This document shows, piece by piece, positions 60,503 through 64,000 of a stretch of 64,000 bases of DNA; position 1 is the first letter of the stretch; each line of letters starts with the position of its first letter. A program made the position numbers and the translations under genes. Under the pieces are notes generated by a model, which worked only from the letters and a program-made list of their open reading frames with translations, was not told the origin of the DNA and did no database searches. The stretch lies in IMG/VR virus record IMGVR_UViG_3300020577_007013; one strand, written 5' to 3'. The stretch comes from a virus (taxonomy: Duplodnaviria; Caudoviricetes).

Positions 60503-63470
60503 TCGTGTATGAATCCTTCGATCCCTTCATATTGAATTCCAACATACTGATAGTTACAGAGTCCATTTAGGCAAGAACAATTTTTAGCACCTTCGTAGGT
60601 CTTTGCTTTACCACCAATCTTTGCAGTAATGTTACATTCAGGAACTTGCCATTCTCTCTTGACAACGTAAGCAACTGTAAAGAAGAATCCAATTGCCAAT
60701 AGACTCAGTATTGCTGACTTCATAAGTCTCTCTCAGATCCGTCGACTACGTGCCATTCCCCTTTGTAAAATATTTTCTGTACAGTTTTGACTGGAACATA
60801 CTCGTTGAAAGTTTTATGTTTGTATGTAGTCTTCTTATCTGTCCATTCACAAGGAACTTCTACAACGTCTCCTTGTAAAGGCCAGAAGTTCATCCTTATA
60901 AATGCCGCTACGAAGAAGCCATAACTTGAGTAGTGGACTATATCTTTATTTCTTGTAAAGTACGCTATGAGAAAGACTACAGCTATGGAAGTAATGAGAA
61001 TAATGACAAGCTCAGACCAATCCCAGTTGAAAGGGTTAAGTCTACTTACCCTTCTTGTTGTCTTTTTCAAGTTTGACTCCTTCGATTATTTCTCTCCAGT
61101 CACCGTTATGATAGACTTCTCTTATGACTTTATCTGGAACATCATCTTTAAATTTAAGTCCGTAAGCTGAGACTATGCCTTTCTTAGTTGAGACCACTCT
61201 TTTTCTAGTGTCACCATCAAATTCCTCTATAGCCATAGATAGGAGGTAGATGAGAATGTCGACTATGATAAAAGCTATGAGAAAATTGCCAACACTGACA
61301 TTAGAGACAAAACAGACGAGTCCGACAATGAAGGAGACAATGAGAGAGATTGCAAGAAAATGACTTAGAGTGAACCTTCTGAGACTATAAGTTTCTTTAA
61401 ATGTCATGTTAAAATATAATACTCATTCGAGTACCTTCTTCACAATTTCTCTACAAAAGTCTCTTCTTTTCTTAAGTTTTTCGATCTCTCTCTTTGTAGA
61501 AAGATAAAAAGCAACTTGTGACGGTGGTAAATGGTCTAAGTTAGAAGGATTAGACACATTGTAGTAATAGTCAAGAAGAGATTCTCTTTCTTCTAATGTG
61601 GAAGTCAATTCCATACTTCGACATCCATTAAGTCTGTATCATCTACTTCATGAAGAGATCTCATGAAGTCTTCATAATGTCCTTTTTCTTGTTCCAAGTT
61701 TTCATAGAACTTGTTGGGATTCTCTAGACAGAGCTTCATTTCCGAATGACTCAGTCCTAAAAATTCATGAAGTTCTCCGTCACCGAATTCATGCCATTGC
61801 TGAACGTAAAAGGAAAAGTCTTCTCTAGTAGCTTTACTGTCGAGAAATTTTTGTTTAAAACAATTTTCTCTCATTACTTTCTACAAGTATAGGGCTTTCC
61901 TGTATCTGCATTGAGAGCTGGAACTGCAATGTTCCCTTCTAAATTTCGTTGAAGATAATGTTGTACATTTCTGATGCAGACGACTGAGACAACGAAACAT
62001 TTCCTAGGACCATAAGCGACTTCTTTAGAAATATGATCAACTTTCTTTTCTAATTCTGAGCATTTAGCTTCATACTCGTTAGCCCAATCTTCTCTTTCAG
62101 GTGCACAACTTAGTAGAAACAGTAGAGGAAAGAACCATTTCATTTCGTACCTCTCAAAAAGGCAAGTATTCTCTGTTTAGGGAAGGCTGCTGATACTCTT
62201 TATTCTCTCCATCATTAATTCTCCCTATGAATACCGTTATAGAGTCCCGACTTCTATTCTTTTCAAATCCCAGAATTGTTTTCAACTTTGAAAAAATTGC
62301 TTTTTCTTGTTCATCTGAATTATTGTTATTCGCTCCAATATGCCCCAATGCACAGTAAGCTCCATAACTTTCAGTATGGAATTTGTCGATAGTCCATTTC
62401 TTTTCAGGAATAGACTCATAATATTTGATTAGATCTTCTTTGGTCTCTATATTTTTTACGAAATTTTCTACTTTTCTCATATTACTCCTAACTCCTTTGC
62501 CACCATTCTTACTTCTCCGAATGCTGCTCCACAATTATCATCACTCATGCTAGCAACTTTTCTGTGTAGATCAGCACATTCGATGCATATTTTATAATGT
62601 CGCCATTGATTATGCCAAAGCCCAGAATGATTCTCATAGAGAGTCTTCTTCGGAATAGGCTTTCTACATTCATAGCAGATATGGTCTTTTCTAGCGACCA
62701 CCATTTTGTCTTTGTAGATCGTAGGAAGATCATATCCACAGTCACACATCTTTCTCTTCTCTCACAATATGAACCATTTTAAACAGTCGATTTGCTCTTA
62801 GCAATTCCTTGACTTCATGCTCGTTTAAAGTATTTAAAGCTAAAGCAGCTGTCTCACATTTTTCCTTAAGGGTGCAATCTTCAGGAACCGAGACTGTGAG
62901 TTGATTTCCGTATTCATTTAGCCTAATCGTGATAGGTCTCACATCTACAAGTTCATGGTCATCTGCATATCCACTATCCATTGGTCCTCAACAGGGAGTG
63001 AATGAAATCCATTGCTTTTATTACTACGAAGTAAACGAGAACGAGATATCCTATGAAGGAAGACACATAGACAGATCCCATCACAAATGATAAGACTCTT
63101 CCATACTTCTTATGATACTCAAGTTTGTTTATGCTTCTATCTAATTTGGATAGAGACTCTCCTATCAGATATCCTAGATAAAAAGCAAGTATAGTAACGG
63201 TTACGAGTATCACTAGTGAAAGTAAATAGTTCATAATCCTCCAATGAAAAAGAAGAATAAATTAAGATAATCAGACATGGCCTCTATAAAGCAGAACATG
63301 AAAGCCACATAAATAAGAAGAACTCCTACTCTTATGATGATCTCTTCATGAGGTCTGACTTTAATGAGAGCTCTCATCATAGTTCCTAAAAATCTTGTAA
63401 AGAAATAGGAAACAAAGAAAACGATCAGGAGAAAGAATGAAAGATCTATGATGTTACTCTGAGTCACCAT
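60499..63470 (-). CDS. Run of small hypothetical/membrane ORFs, including paralogous 2-TM proteins (60720, 61042), a lipoprotein (61874-62143, MKWFFPLLFLLSC) and a Zn protein (62477-62749, ARKDHICYEC)
   Basis: ORF track; coupled starts and stops. Confidence 0.5.
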
Positions 63471-64000
63471 TCGTGTATGTCACCTGTTCTCAAAATTCCT
63501 TTGTATTGTGACTCGTCAATAGGAGGTTCTTCATTGTAGTGATACAGGTAGAGCTTCTTTTTGATATCTTCAGGAGCCTGGTCTACTTCAGTCCAGTGGC
63601 TATGCACCCCAGATTTCGGTCCAGTCTCAGTATCTTGATAAATGATGTCTGCTTTATCGTAAAAAATTTTCATTGTGGGAGGCATCATAAACATTGTATC
63701 TGTCGGGAAATAAATGCATTTTCCATCTGAAGATTCAAACATCAGACCGTAAGACGGCATTGATCCCATTCCTGACATAACATGAGTACTTTCTATGGTA
63801 TAGAATTTCCAAGTCCTTTTTCCATCTTGAATTGTTTTCGCAATATTTGTCGTCATAGACCTTATAGTAAAGTATGTAGATAAATTGACTTTCATCATAC
63901 CTTGAATGGTATTTAAACCAGGAGACGTTGCAGTCCAAAGATCTTTCAGAACTTCTTTATGTCCGAACAGTTCAGGCTTACAGTCATCTGGAAGTTCTTC
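63464..64000 (-). CDS. Metallo-beta-lactamase-fold hydrolase (RNase Z-like), C-terminal part
   Basis: Frame open to the window end; STH..SYGL...FPTDT...IYQDTE..SGVHSH...LYLYHY. Confidence 0.7.
   Translation of the reverse strand, partial: EELPDDCKPELFGHKEVLKDLWTATSPGLNTIQGMMKVNLSTYFTIRSMTTNIAKTIQDGKRTWKFYTIESTHVMSGMGSMPSYGLMFESSDGKCIYFPTDTMFMMPPTMKIFYDKADIIYQDTETGPKSGVHSHWTEVDQAPEDIKKKLYLYHYNEEPPIDESQYKGILRTGDIHEW

Noticed and set aside
1-64000. Alternative genetic code (stop-codon reassignment)
   Set aside because: Long structural genes are intact in the standard code, and TAA, TAG and TGA all terminate tightly packed genes

Overview
64 kb of a large, AT-rich, gene-dense tailed phage genome with T4-like contractile-tail (myovirus) architecture. 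About 0.3-16.5 kb is a baseplate/tail module: gp26/gp51-like, a 586-aa tape-measure candidate, gp53-, gp5-, gp25- and gp6-like genes, a LamG tail fibre and a chaperone. The rest is about 120 small, mostly unannotatable ORFs. Reading the proteins by eye shows two mutually exclusive short peptide tags. (1) About 29 ORFs begin with M-x(0-5)-Y-[KR]-x-x-F-(x)-E, resembling the T4 capsid-targeting sequence MKTYQEFIAE that prohead protease gp21 cleaves. Their cargoes include GNAT, nucleotidyltransferase, ART-like and DUF5661-like domains, plus multi-tag polyproteins. This suggests an unusually large library of head-packaged, injected proteins. (2) About 29 other ORFs, from at least two unrelated paralog families plus singletons, end in a shared helix Y-x-x-[KR]-[VLI]-x-x-L-L, a possible portable docking or adaptor tag. 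Structural and N-tagged operons are preceded by ACTAA 5-10 nt before the start codon (candidate phage late promoter). Several other genes have TATTAT-N8-ATG (candidate host sigma70, near-leaderless). Also present: a solo TnpB, a partial HNH endonuclease, a signal-peptide-bearing ClpP-like protease, a frameshifted paralog and a GC-rich repeat block at the structural/early boundary. No tRNA, rRNA or CRISPR array was seen. All family assignments come from motif recognition, not database searches.
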